This document shows, piece by piece, positions 1 to 14,039 of a DNA stretch of 49,426 nucleotides (positions are counted from its first letter, which is position 1; each line of letters starts with the position of its first letter). The translations under genes were made by a program, and so were the position numbers. Under the pieces are notes generated by a model that worked only from the letters and a program-made list of their open reading frames with translations, was not told where the DNA came from and searched no databases. Origin of the DNA: Microbacteriaceae bacterium (lineage in GTDB: Bacteria > Actinomycetota > Actinomycetes > Actinomycetales > Microbacteriaceae); NCBI GenBank assembly GCA_035514995.1, contig DATJCC010000048.1, positions 1-49,426 on the forward strand, given 5' to 3'.

Positions 1-84
1 GGCAACAGCGTTCGAGGCCAACGCGCAACGGCGTATCTCTCGCGCGGACTCGGGTTGAACCTCTTCGCATCGTCCGCAAATTGA
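1..84 (+). CDS. Possible 3' end of a gene entering the window
   Basis: Frame 1 is open from base 1 to TGA at 82-84, directly before a bidirectional hairpin; no homology recognised. Confidence 0.3.
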   Translation, partial: GNSVRGQRATAYLSRGLGLNLFASSAN

Positions 85-88
85 AAGA

Positions 89-120
89 CAAAAGGCAGAC
101 AATTTCTTGTCTGCCTTTTG
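89..120. terminator. Bidirectional intrinsic terminator
   Basis: Perfect 14-bp inverted repeat CAAAAGGCAGACAA-tttc-TTGTCTGCCTTTTG just downstream of the tRNA, T runs on both strands. Confidence 0.8.
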
Positions 121-127
121 ATTGTTT

Positions 128-204
128 TGGTGGGGCTACCAGGACTTGAACCTGGGACCTCTTCATTATCAGTGAAGCGCTCTAACCGCCTGAGCTATAG
201 CCCC
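128..204 (-). tRNA. tRNA-Ile(GAT)
   Basis: Reverse complement GGGGCTATAGCTCAGGCGGTTAGAGCGCTTCACT-GAT-AATGAAGAGGTCCCAGGTTCAAGTCCTGGTAGCCCCACCA; cloverleaf, encoded CCA, usual position after gyrA-DUF3566. Confidence 0.97.
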
Positions 205-265
205 TAACCAAAGACCAACTTTACTGCATTTTTATCGGAAATAAAAATCGTAAACTGATTCTTTG

Positions 266-668
266 TTAATTACCCGTAAAACCTAACTGAAAGCCACCAA
301 ATACTCTGACCAACAGGTTATAGACAAGTGAAGCAATCGCGCCCATTACTGTTCCAACCACTAAACCTAATATTGAAACCGTTATGGCAAAGCTAATGAT
401 CTGCGGATAGCCAATGACGTTCATTAAACTTGTTTCGTCGCCCCCGACAATATCCATCAACAGCTGATCAACTTTGTCAAGCACACCGGTTTGCATTAAC
501 ACGGTGTAAACAAGAACTGTAAAAACAGCATTTACAATTGCTAGGCATAAAGACACTAGAAAAGAAAATTTTACGGCCGACCAAAAGTCAACGTAGACGA
601 GCTTAAGTCTCACCTGTTTTGCAGGCGCTTTTCTACGTGACTTGCTCGCTAATTTATCTGCGACAGTA

Positions 669-676
<8 letters not shown>
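266..676 (-). CDS. DUF3566 membrane protein
   Basis: [18 protein letters not shown] motif, two TM segments, conserved position after gyrA in actinobacteria. Confidence 0.88.
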
Positions 677-5211
<4,535 letters not shown>

Positions 5212-5312
5212 TTAATTCTCCTGGCTTAATAACAATAAAAGAGAGCCTCGCGGCTCGATACCACCATCCTACCAACGATCGAGTAAATTGGCCGGGTTTA
5301 AGGCAGTATTTA

Positions 5313-5792
5313 TTACTTATAGGTGTCTCTGGGCCCTTTTCCTTTAACTGATCTAAACCCATGATTCCAACTGGGCACTCCTGTCACAATAAACTTCATA
5401 TCCCTAATCTCGCTATCTGGATATTTCGTTAAAATCTTTGTAATAATTTCTGCCCTAATTCGACGTAATTCAGTAGCCCAAGAAGTTGAGGTGCACTCTA
5501 CGGTAATGATTCCATTACTGACAGCTGAAATTTTTGTGCGCTGCGCTACGTTTTCGCCTACTAGGTTTTCCCAATTCGAAATAATGGCAGCAACTTGCAA
5601 CTCTGACTTCCATCCCCAGCTCTTAGATAGATCATCTATAACCGATGTGATTTTTACTGGATCTCTTTTATTTCCTTTTTGAAACGCTGCAGAACCTGAA
5701 GACGCCTGCTTTTTTCGATACCTTCTGCTGGGGCTGCCCTTCCAGCTCAAGTAGGATTGAGACGCTAAATCAACTTTATCTATTTCATTCAC
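5313..5792 (-). CDS. dciA: DUF721/DciA family helicase-loader protein
   Basis: W..LVG..VA, VECTSTSWATELR, GKGPRDTY tail; between recF and gyrB. Confidence 0.85.
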   Translation of the reverse strand: MNEIDKVDLASQSYLSWKGSPSRRYRKKQASSGSAAFQKGNKRDPVKITSVIDDLSKSWGWKSELQVAAIISNWENLVGENVAQRTKISAVSNGIITVECTSTSWATELRRIRAEIITKILTKYPDSEIRDMKFIVTGVPSWNHGFRSVKGKGPRDTYK

Positions 5793-6945
5793 TTCGGGTC
5801 ACTTCCCCCTCGTGAATAATAAAAACATTCTTTTCAATGCTCTTCGGAACATCATCAGCAACAGCTGCAGTAACAATTACTTGCTGAAAAGATGAGATTT
5901 CTGAAACTAACCTCTGTTGCCTATTTCTGTCTAATTCCGCAAAGACATCATCGAGAATAATAACCGGATCACCGGAGAGTGACTCTTCTGAAAAAAGTCT
6001 TGCTACCCCAAGTTTCAAAGAAAGCACGAATGACCAAGTCTCTCCGTGGCTCGCATAGCCCTTCACAGGAAGATCATTTAAATAAAAGCTCAAGTCATCT
6101 CGATGTGGGCCAACTAAGCACTGACCCTTATCTAGCTCATCTGTTGCAACTTCTTGAAGTCTTTGTTCCATGGATCGCCTAATTGTTTCACGTGAAACAA
6201 CATCTTCGGATCCTTCCACTAAAGAACCCTTTGTTTCACGTGAAACATTTCGGTGCGACTCCTTCATCGTTATTTTTGGACTGTGGTCACTTCCAGCTAT
6301 TTTCAAATAAGCATCGCTTACAAAGGGTTTGAGGTCACTAATTACTTGATGTCGATAAAAAACTATCTGCGCTCCAAGCTCTACTATTTTTTCGTTCCAC
6401 AAAGAAAGGGTTTGTTGAAGATTATCGCTCACCTGAGAGTATCTTAAACTTTTCAATAGCGAGCTTTTGTGTCGTATAGCCCGTTCATACTCGCTTAATG
6501 ATGTGACCGCAGCCGGGTATCTAGAAATGAGTATCTGGTCTATAAAACTTCTACGAACAGAAGGATCACCACGCACGATTTGTAAATCTTCTGGCGCAAA
6601 AATAACTGCATTTAAAACCTGCTGTACTTCTCGCCCAGTAACACTCTGTTTGTTTAAAAAATATTTGTTCGATCCCTTTTCGAGCACTTTGGCTTCGATT
6701 AAAGCTTCTCTACCTTCATTGGATAGCTTGGCTCGCACAATGGCTTCTTCAAACCCCTGCTGAATCAAAGCCTTGTGGCTACTTGTTCGATGTGAAGTTT
6801 GTGTGGCCAAAAACACAATGCTTTCAACCGCGTTTGTTTTGCCCTGTCCATTTGCTCCGAGCAGAAGATTAAACCCAGGCTTGAAATCAAACTCTGCGAA
6901 TGAATAATTTCTAAAATTATTAAGCGAAAGATAATTTATTTGCAC
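5785..6945 (-). CDS. recF: DNA replication and repair protein RecF
   Basis: NFRNY, GANGQGKTN, VGPHRDDL, ASHGE, ILDDVFAELD. Confidence 0.97.
   Translation of the reverse strand: MQINYLSLNNFRNYSFAEFDFKPGFNLLLGANGQGKTNAVESIVFLATQTSHRTSSHKALIQQGFEEAIVRAKLSNEGREALIEAKVLEKGSNKYFLNKQSVTGREVQQVLNAVIFAPEDLQIVRGDPSVRRSFIDQILISRYPAAVTSLSEYERAIRHKSSLLKSLRYSQVSDNLQQTLSLWNEKIVELGAQIVFYRHQVISDLKPFVSDAYLKIAGSDHSPKITMKESHRNVSRETKGSLVEGSEDVVSRETIRRSMEQRLQEVATDELDKGQCLVGPHRDDLSFYLNDLPVKGYASHGETWSFVLSLKLGVARLFSEESLSGDPVIILDDVFAELDRNRQQRLVSEISSFQQVIVTAAVADDVPKSIEKNVFIIHEGEVTRSE
6183..6200. promoter_or_regulatory. parS site (perfect palindrome) inside recF
   Basis: TTGTTTCACGTGAAACAA contains the canonical parS TGTTTCACGTGAAACA. 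Confidence 0.85.
6232..6247. promoter_or_regulatory. Second parS site inside recF
   Basis: TGTTTCACGTGAAACA, 16/16 consensus match, 48 bp from the first. Confidence 0.85.
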
Positions 6946-6959
6946 TCATGTCAACCTAT

Positions 6960-8102
6960 CTATCGAAGAAGAAGGTTTGGTTGAAGAAGATACTTAAAAT
7001 CCTCTTCATGCAGGTCGTCCCTGCTGCGTTGTCCGGTGATTAAAACTGGACCCGGCTTGCTGGGGTTTTCACTGTTCGTGAAACCTATTCGAGCATACTC
7101 GGAATGTGTAGCACGAAGCCCGTCTAACAAAAACTGCGGCTTCAAAGAAACAACCATGTCATTACCAACTAGGTGAGCTTCAGCTACTTCAGATGCTCTA
7201 GCTGATTCTGGGCCTGCTCCCTCAAGAATCACCTGACCTTCTGAGAAATTGAATCTGATCGCAGCTTCTCGTTCTAGGACAAGACCGACTCGACCAACTG
7301 CTTCAATAATGTCCTGTGTGTTTACTACGGCATAATTTGGCACGGTATCTGGGAAAAGGCGTTGTACCGGAGGATAATTGCCCTTTATTAATAAAGAAGT
7401 AACGGTTTTTTGAGAATCTGAAAATGCAATTATTTCTCTATCGTCTTCTTTAATGAAGCTGATTTTAATTTCGTCAGTGTCGTGAAAAGTTTTACCAACT
7501 TCTGTAACAATTCGAGCAGGTACGAGTGCCTTTAGTGGTTCTGATTCACTATTGGGTTGCCAGGGAACACTGCGGGTCGAAACTCGATAACGATCTGTTG
7601 CGGTCAAAGCCAAATTGTTTTCTACAACTTCAATCTCTACTCCAGTTATTACCGGAGTTACATCATCTTTTGAAGCAGCCATTGCTACCTGAGAAATTGC
7701 ATCGGTGAATGAACTGGCTTTTACAGATCCTGAAAAAGATAAAATCTCAGGTACTTCAGGATATTCCTCAACGGGCATTGACGGAAGACTGAAATTAGCT
7801 GATCCGCATAAAACTATTACTCGATCTTCGTCTAGCTGAACAGTTACATCAGCAGGGGGTAGTTTGCTAGCAATCTCTGCTAACAACCTACCAGAAACAA
7901 GAGCCATGCCTGATTCTGTAATTTCAGCTGCGATAGAAGTTTTTGCTGATGTTTCGTAATCAAAGGTGGCAAATTCAACCTCTGGCCCGTTGGTCTTAAT
8001 AAGAATTCCACTCAATAGAGGCTGAGTGGGTCGCTGTGGTAATAATTTCACTGCGAATGACACAGCATCACTGAATAAGTCACGGTCTACGTTAAATTGC
8101 AA
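6960..8102 (-). CDS. dnaN: DNA polymerase III beta sliding clamp
   Basis: ATFDYETSA, ATDRYR, YLLQPNLLLR C-terminus; downstream of dnaA. Confidence 0.97.
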   Translation of the reverse strand: MQFNVDRDLFSDAVSFAVKLLPQRPTQPLLSGILIKTNGPEVEFATFDYETSAKTSIAAEITESGMALVSGRLLAEIASKLPPADVTVQLDEDRVIVLCGSANFSLPSMPVEEYPEVPEILSFSGSVKASSFTDAISQVAMAASKDDVTPVITGVEIEVVENNLALTATDRYRVSTRSVPWQPNSESEPLKALVPARIVTEVGKTFHDTDEIKISFIKEDDREIIAFSDSQKTVTSLLIKGNYPPVQRLFPDTVPNYAVVNTQDIIEAVGRVGLVLEREAAIRFNFSEGQVILEGAGPESARASEVAEAHLVGNDMVVSLKPQFLLDGLRATHSEYARIGFTNSENPSKPGPVLITGQRSRDDLHEEDFKYLLQPNLLLR

Positions 8103-8436
8103 TTCTTGCTCCTCAGATGAAACTGCTATTGGTTAGCCATTCTGCCACATTTTACAAAGAGAGGTGGAAGCATGTGTTGGATGTAATTGTAATTGTAATG
8201 ATTGGTATTTATATAACTCTTGTAATAGTAATAAGTCCTGTGGATACTGTGCAGAACCTCTTATTTCTTGCTGTTCATATGGAAACTACAATCGTGTAAG
8301 TTGTGTGATTGAGAGTAACAACAATTTAAAAATTATTTACAAGCTATGCAATTAAAAACCTGAATTAACAGGTGCACCTGAGTTATGCACATAAAACGTG
8401 TACTTTATGAAAGTTATACACAGAGCCTGTAGATAA
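8103..8436. other. oriC (dnaA-dnaN intergenic)
   Basis: AT-rich; DnaA-box-like 9-mers at 8239 TGTGGATAC, 8248 TGTGCAGAA, 8383 TTATGCACA, 8414 TTATACACA, 8428 TGTAGATAA; trio-like TAA TAG TAA TAA at 8223-8234. Confidence 0.88.
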
Positions 8437-9846
8437 CTAAATTTTTTGTTTCAATTGGGCGGTTAGTTCCGCTATTTGGTTATAAACGGATCTTCGCGCG
8501 GTTATTAGCTGTGTTATTTTTTTGTGGGCGTACATTACGGTGGTGTGGTCACGACCACTAAACAACTGCCCTATTTTTGGAAGCGATAGCGAAGTTAAGT
8601 CTCTGCACAGATACATTGCTACTTGTCTGGCAAAAGCAATTTCTTGAGCTCGCGAGGGTCCGATCAGATCATCGATGGGAATATTAAAGTAGTTTGCGCA
8701 AAGAGCAATTATGTCTGCCGGTGAAATTTCACTGTCATCGTCTAGAGAAATCACGTCCTTTAGTACGGTTTGAACGAGATCAAGATCTACCGGTTTATCG
8801 TTGAGGTTAGCAAAAGCAGCTACTCTAATCAGCGTTCCTTCTAATTCTCGAATATTTGAGCTGAGCTTAGAGGCTATATATTCGAGAATAGAGTCGTCAA
8901 TCACTAAATTTTCGTATTGGCACTTTTTTCGTAAAATTGCGATTCGGGTTTCAAGATCAGGTATTTGAATGTCTGTTAAAAGGCCCCACTCAAACCGTGA
9001 AAGCATTCGTTCTTCAAAACCTTTTAATTGTTTTGGTTGAACATCGCTGGTAATTACAACCTGTTTATTTTGTGCGTGCAAAGTGTTAAAGGTGTGGAAG
9101 AAAGCTTCTTGCGTTTCTGCCTTTCCTTCTAGAAACTGAATATCGTCTACTAACAGGATCTCTACGCTTCTATACCTTTGATGAAAAGATGTGCCTTGGT
9201 TATTGGCGATCGAGTTAATAAAATCGTTTGTAAAATCTTCAGTACTGACGTATTTAACCCTAATTTTGGGGAATAACTCTTGAGCATAATGACCGATAGC
9301 GTGCAAGAGGTGCGTTTTTCCAAGACCCGAATCACCATAAATAAATAGCGGGTTGTACGCTTTTGCAGGTGCTTCAGCTACTGCAACAGCTGCTGCGTGC
9401 GCAAAGCGGTTAGATTGACCAATAACAAAAGTGTCAAATTTGTATCTTTCATTTAATAAAGGCCGCTCATGCTGTTGAATCGTGCGTTGGGAATTATTGC
9501 TTTGCATAGGGATAAATCTTGACTCTTCGTTTCTCGAAGCGCTCTCTTGTATAGATTCCCTAGTTACATCTTGTAAAGTCACTTCTGGATCAACAAGAAC
9601 CACAAAATTTTCAATCAACTCTGTTGCTGCGGTCTGACTTATAGCGTTCATGATCGTATGCCGGAGTTGATGTTCTAATAAGCGCTGCGTAAAATCGTGC
9701 TGTACCGCAAGGTAGAGCATCCCGGCTGTCAGCCCACGAGGTATAGCAAGAGATAGTTGCGCCCCAAAAGCAGGGCCGACATTAGGATCATTCATCACGA
9801 TCTGGGTGATCTCATCCCATATTTCATGAACATCAAGTTGATCCAC
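8437..9846 (-). CDS. dnaA: Chromosomal replication initiator DnaA
   Basis: [45 protein letters not shown]. Confidence 0.99.
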   Translation of the reverse strand: MDQLDVHEIWDEITQIVMNDPNVGPAFGAQLSLAIPRGLTAGMLYLAVQHDFTQRLLEHQLRHTIMNAISQTAATELIENFVVLVDPEVTLQDVTRESIQESASRNEESRFIPMQSNNSQRTIQQHERPLLNERYKFDTFVIGQSNRFAHAAAVAVAEAPAKAYNPLFIYGDSGLGKTHLLHAIGHYAQELFPKIRVKYVSTEDFTNDFINSIANNQGTSFHQRYRSVEILLVDDIQFLEGKAETQEAFFHTFNTLHAQNKQVVITSDVQPKQLKGFEERMLSRFEWGLLTDIQIPDLETRIAILRKKCQYENLVIDDSILEYIASKLSSNIRELEGTLIRVAAFANLNDKPVDLDLVQTVLKDVISLDDDSEISPADIIALCANYFNIPIDDLIGPSRAQEIAFARQVAMYLCRDLTSLSLPKIGQLFSGRDHTTVMYAHKKITQLITARRSVYNQIAELTAQLKQKI

Positions 9847-9900
9847 GTATATATTCCTTTGATTTAGAAGAATTTAAGTTGTTAATAATTATGCCTTACC

Positions 9901-9909
9901 TGTGGATAA
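9901..9909. promoter_or_regulatory. DnaA box upstream of dnaA
   Basis: Perfect TGTGGATAA about 55 bp upstream of the dnaA start. Confidence 0.7.
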
Positions 9910-10133
9910 GTCCTCTTGCTAAGGTATCTATTAGATAAGTCTCATGCAACTTAAATATAGACACGCTGATACAGATAGAATATGTAGTGTGGGTTCGTGA
10001 GATTATGTAACGTTGAGTTGCTGTTTGACTGAAGCCAAAAAATAAAGTAGTGTTAAGTGTTTGGATCGCAGCCTTCTATAATCTTGTGCGTCCATCACCA
10101 TCAATAATCAAGTTTCGATAGCTGGAGAATGTC

Positions 10134-10271
10134 ATGAGCAAGCGCACGTTCCAACCAAATAACCGCCGCAGAGCTAAAAACCACGGTTTCCGTCTGCGTA
10201 TGCGCACTAGAGCTGGGCGCAGTATCCTCACTGCCCGTCGCCGTAAAGGGCGCGCTAAACTTTCTGCATAG
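10134..10271 (+). CDS. rpmH: 50S ribosomal protein L34 (absent from ORF track)
   Basis: Manual translation [51 protein letters not shown] upstream. Confidence 0.98.
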   Translation: MSKRTFQPNNRRRAKNHGFRLRMRTRAGRSILTARRRKGRAKLSA

Positions 10272-10303
10272 TTTGCCCGCTTAGCGTCATAAGATGCAGC
10301 GCT

Positions 10304-10645
10304 ATGCATAGGTCACGCATAACCCGTGGCGAAGATTTTCAAAAAATTATTCGCAAAGGAATCCGCGTGGGTGGAGAGTATGTTGTCACCCACGCGGTTT
10401 TCTCGTCTAATGAAGATAAAACAAGATTCGGTTTCGTCGTTTCTAAACGGGTTGGAAATGCAGTCCAAAGAAATTTAATTAAAAGAAGATTGACGGGGAT
10501 TACATACGAAGTTCCTGAAGATCTAGTAACTGGTTTAGACATAGTTTTCAGAGCAAAGCCAGAGAGCTTGACTGCAAGCTATGCAGAATTAAAGCAAGAC
10601 GTAATTCGACAGCTTTCAAAGATCAAAAGTCGTGTGAAATTATGA
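10304..10645 (+). CDS. rnpA: Ribonuclease P protein component
   Basis: RFGFVVSKRVGNAVQRNLIKRRL (RNR motif). Confidence 0.95.
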   Translation: MHRSRITRGEDFQKIIRKGIRVGGEYVVTHAVFSSNEDKTRFGFVVSKRVGNAVQRNLIKRRLTGITYEVPEDLVTGLDIVFRAKPESLTASYAELKQDVIRQLSKIKSRVKL

Positions 10646-10992
10646 TGCGATTTACAATGTGGCTTTTTTTGCTTCCTCGCAATACTGCGATAGCAGTTAT
10701 GAAGGTCTATAGAAAAATAGTGTCCCCCTGGTATGGGGATGTATGCAGGTATTACCCTTCCTGCTCTCGCTATGCTTTAGAGTCATATAAGTCAGTAGGA
10801 TTTATAATGGGTACTGTCTTAACTGCATGGCGACTGTTACGCTGTAATCCCTGGTCCGGGGGCGGGATTGATGACCCTAAAGATCTTAATAAACGGAATT
10901 TAAAAGAAAATAAGCATGGATTTATAGTGTGGGACAGAGAAGTTGATGGTCCTCTTATAAATCAAGAAATAAAAAATGGGAGTTCAGCCTAA
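10642..10992 (+). CDS. yidD: Membrane protein insertion efficiency factor
   Basis: CRYYPSCSRYA, RLLRCNPWSGGG. Confidence 0.95.
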   Translation: MMRFTMWLFLLPRNTAIAVMKVYRKIVSPWYGDVCRYYPSCSRYALESYKSVGFIMGTVLTAWRLLRCNPWSGGGIDDPKDLNKRNLKENKHGFIVWDREVDGPLINQEIKNGSSA

Positions 10993-11939
10993 TGGATTTT
11001 ATCCAAACGTTACTTTGGCCATTAAGGTGGTTAGTCGAGGTAGTTCTTGTTGCCTGGCACCAGTTGTTTGTCTTCCTTGGGCTTGATCCGAATGCTGGAG
11101 TTGCGTGGGTTCTCGCGATATTGGGTCTCGTTTTTGTAGTACGTTCAATTCTTATACCCGTGACCGTGAAGCAGATTAAGTCACAGCGTCGAATGATGGA
11201 AATTGCACCGGAAATGAAGAAGGTGCAAGCCAAATATAAGGGTAAAACCGACAGTCTTTCACGTGAAGCGATGAGCCGTGAAACCATGGCACTTTACAAA
11301 AAACACGGAACAAACCCGTTTGCGTCATGTCTGCCCATTTTAATTCAGATGCCAATCTTCTTCTCATTATTTTATGTTCTTCGGCAGGCAGCCGAAAACA
11401 AGACCGGTATTGGTCTAATGAATCAGGAGTTAACGCAAAGCTTTAACCAGGCAACAATTTGGGGCGCACCACTTAAAATGACTTTCACCCAAGCTTGGGA
11501 AGACGGACCGGTGCAGGTCATGATCCTCTTGGGGATAATAATGGTTTTGATGATCGCATCACAGTTCTTTACACAGCTACAAATTGTTTCTAAAAACGTT
11601 TCTGATGAAACAAAAAGCTCTTCAATGTATAAGCAACAACAAATACTGCTTTACATAATCCCGTTTGCCTTCCTATTTTCGGGTCTTGTATTTCCCCTTG
11701 CTCTAAACGTATATTGGTTTACTTCAAATATTTGGACAATGGTTCAACAAACCATTGTGATCCGCAATATGCCAACGCCGGGCAGTGAAGCATGGCGTGC
11801 ACGTCAAGAAAGATTGCGTGCCAAAGGCAAGCTCTCTGAAGAAGAGCTTGCGGTTGAAGAAGAAGCACGCCAAAAGGCACAGCAGCAGGGTCAGCGGCAG
11901 CAGCCTATTAGCCATAAACGCGCGAAGAAAAAGAAATGA
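10992..11939 (+). CDS. yidC: Membrane protein insertase YidC
   Basis: CLPILIQMPIF, YWFTSNIW, synteny. Confidence 0.96.
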   Translation: MDFIQTLLWPLRWLVEVVLVAWHQLFVFLGLDPNAGVAWVLAILGLVFVVRSILIPVTVKQIKSQRRMMEIAPEMKKVQAKYKGKTDSLSREAMSRETMALYKKHGTNPFASCLPILIQMPIFFSLFYVLRQAAENKTGIGLMNQELTQSFNQATIWGAPLKMTFTQAWEDGPVQVMILLGIIMVLMIASQFFTQLQIVSKNVSDETKSSSMYKQQQILLYIIPFAFLFSGLVFPLALNVYWFTSNIWTMVQQTIVIRNMPTPGSEAWRARQERLRAKGKLSEEELAVEEEARQKAQQQGQRQQPISHKRAKKKK

Positions 11940-11942
11940 GTC

Positions 11943-12449
11943 ATGATGGTAACGAATCAAGATAATGTGGTTAGTCTTGAAGCTCTAGAAGAGCAGGGTG
12001 ATCACGCAGCTGACTACATTGAAGCTCTACTAGATTTGGCTGACCTCGATGGTGATTTAGATCTTGAGGTGAAAAACAATCGCGCCTATGTAGCAATTAC
12101 CGGTGGCGGAGAAGATCTAGAACAACTTGCGATGCCGCAGGTGGTTAATGCGTTACAAGAGCTGACTCGCTTAGCTGTGCAACGTAAAACTGGTGATTAC
12201 AGTGGTTTAATTCTTGATGTAGCTGGCTCACGAGAATTGCGTGCAAAACAGTTAGAAGAAATAGCTGATCACGCAATAACTGCTATTTTGGCGGGCCAGG
12301 AAGAAGTCGAGCTCGAGCAAATGTCTTCATACGAAAGAAAAATCGTGCACGACTATATTGCTGACCGTGGCTTTCACTCTGAATCACGCGGAGAAGGTAG
12401 GGCTAGAAGACTAGTAGTTAGCAACCCTGATCAGCTAACGAATGCTTAA
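11943..12449 (+). CDS. jag: Jag/KhpB-like RNA-binding protein (KH + R3H)
   Basis: ALQELTRLAV, MSSYERKIVHD, SESRGEG; between yidC and rsmG. Confidence 0.88.
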   Translation: MMVTNQDNVVSLEALEEQGDHAADYIEALLDLADLDGDLDLEVKNNRAYVAITGGGEDLEQLAMPQVVNALQELTRLAVQRKTGDYSGLILDVAGSRELRAKQLEEIADHAITAILAGQEEVELEQMSSYERKIVHDYIADRGFHSESRGEGRARRLVVSNPDQLTNA

Positions 12450-12452
12450 ACT

Positions 12453-13085
12453 ATGATTGAAGTTGAACCTTTAGCTGCTTTGCAGTTGGCTCAAGATCAG
12501 ATTGAAAAATTACGATTATTCACCAACGACATTGCAGAGCGGGGAGAAGAATTGGGGCTTATTGGCCCCAAAGAAGCTGCTCGAATTTGGACACGACACG
12601 TACTGAACAGCGCTATAGTTGCGCCCCTCTTGAGTGCAGGCACAAAAGTTGTAGACATAGGCACAGGCGGCGGAATGCCAGGTCTTGTTCTAGCAATCGT
12701 GCGCCCTGACGTTAACTTTAAATTAGTAGAACCTATGGAACGCAGGTGTGCTTGGTTAAACGAGCAGATTGCAACATTAAAACTTGAAAACGTTGATGTT
12801 TTGCGTGGCAGAGCAGAAGAATTTCATGGTGCATTTGAAGCTGATGTCGTCACAGCACGGGCGGTGAGTGCTCTTCGCAAGTTAATTCCGCTAACCGCTC
12901 CGCTTTTAAATAATGGTGGAGAATTAATCTTGTTGAAGGGTGATGCGGTTGAAGCTGAGATAGAGGCCGCCCAAAAACAAATAAAGAAGTTTAAACTTAA
13001 AGATGTGCGCTCAGAAATCTTGGGTGTAGGCGTCTTAGATGAAACAACAAGAGTTTTTCGGGCTACAGTAGAACGAGTCAAATAA
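12453..13085 (+). CDS. rsmG: 16S rRNA m7G527 methyltransferase
   Basis: RHVLNS, DIGTGGGMPG, VTARAVS. Confidence 0.96.
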   Translation: MIEVEPLAALQLAQDQIEKLRLFTNDIAERGEELGLIGPKEAARIWTRHVLNSAIVAPLLSAGTKVVDIGTGGGMPGLVLAIVRPDVNFKLVEPMERRCAWLNEQIATLKLENVDVLRGRAEEFHGAFEADVVTARAVSALRKLIPLTAPLLNNGGELILLKGDAVEAEIEAAQKQIKKFKLKDVRSEILGVGVLDETTRVFRATVERVK

Positions 13086-13127
13086 AACTTTTCACTTCTA
13101 TGACACATTCCTGTTTCAGGGGAGACA

Positions 13128-14039
13128 ATGACACAACCCGTAAATGCAATACTTGGGGATCAGGTCGCAGATAAGGTCCGCAGGCGTAAAAATATCCAGT
13201 CTGTCTCTTCACCGCTACCCAAAACCACCCGCGTTATTACTGTGTCCAATCAAAAAGGTGGGGTCGGTAAAACGACCACGACTGTAAACATTGCTTCTGC
13301 TCTTGCTCGTCGAGGGGCAAACGTTCTAGTTATCGATCTTGATCCACAGGGTAACGCTTCAACAGCTTTAGGCGTTGCCCATGAGCCTGGCACTGTCAGT
13401 GTGTATGAGGCTTTAATAGGCGAAGTCAGTATCAAAGATGCGGTTCAGGTAACATCGGATCACGAACGTCTCTATTGCGTTCCATCGACAATAAATCTCG
13501 CCGGAGCAGAAATCGAGTTGGTGTCACTAGTCGCGAGGGAACAACGATTAAAAGTTGCTCTAGAAGCCTTTTTGCGCGAGAGCGAAACCAAATTCCACTA
13601 TGTTTTTATAGACTGCCCTCCATCGCTGGGTCTGCTCACTGTAAACGCATTTGTGGCTGCAACAGAGGTAATGATACCCATTCAGTGTGAGTATTATGCA
13701 CTTGAGGGATTGAGTCAGTTGCTTGGTAGTATTTCGCTTATAGAACAACATTTAAACCCCAAGTTGCACGTTTCTACCATTCTTTTAACGATGTATGACT
13801 CTCGCACGAATCTTTCACAAGAAGTAGCTGCAGAGGTTCGTGAGCACTTTCCGAAACAAACACTAAAAACAATTATTCCGAGGTCTGTGCGCATTTCAGA
13901 AGCGCCAAGTCACGGAGAGACGGTTCACTCTTACGACCCATCTTCGATAGGTGCGTTAGCGTATCTTGAAGCTGCTCAAGAAATTGCAGAACGTGGAGTG
14001 ACTAAAACAAGTGACAACCTCAAAGGAGCCAAGAAATAA
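13128..14039 (+). CDS. parA: Chromosome partitioning ATPase ParA
   Basis: NQKGGVGKTTT, DLDPQGNAS, IDCPPSLG, QCEYYALEG. Confidence 0.97.
   Translation: MTQPVNAILGDQVADKVRRRKNIQSVSSPLPKTTRVITVSNQKGGVGKTTTTVNIASALARRGANVLVIDLDPQGNASTALGVAHEPGTVSVYEALIGEVSIKDAVQVTSDHERLYCVPSTINLAGAEIELVSLVAREQRLKVALEAFLRESETKFHYVFIDCPPSLGLLTVNAFVAATEVMIPIQCEYYALEGLSQLLGSISLIEQHLNPKLHVSTILLTMYDSRTNLSQEVAAEVREHFPKQTLKTIIPRSVRISEAPSHGETVHSYDPSSIGALAYLEAAQEIAERGVTKTSDNLKGAKK

Noticed and set aside
8117-8355. Two short ORFs in the dnaA-dnaN gap, one Cys-rich
   Set aside because: They lie in oriC; the Cys/Asn pattern arises from TGTAAT repeats and DnaA boxes
10076-10309. 77-aa minus-strand ORF
   Set aside because: Antisense shadow of rpmH
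11255-11270. parS-like TCTTTCACGTGAAGCG in yidC
   Set aside because: Only 13/16 with both arms broken; explained by Ser-Arg-Glu codons
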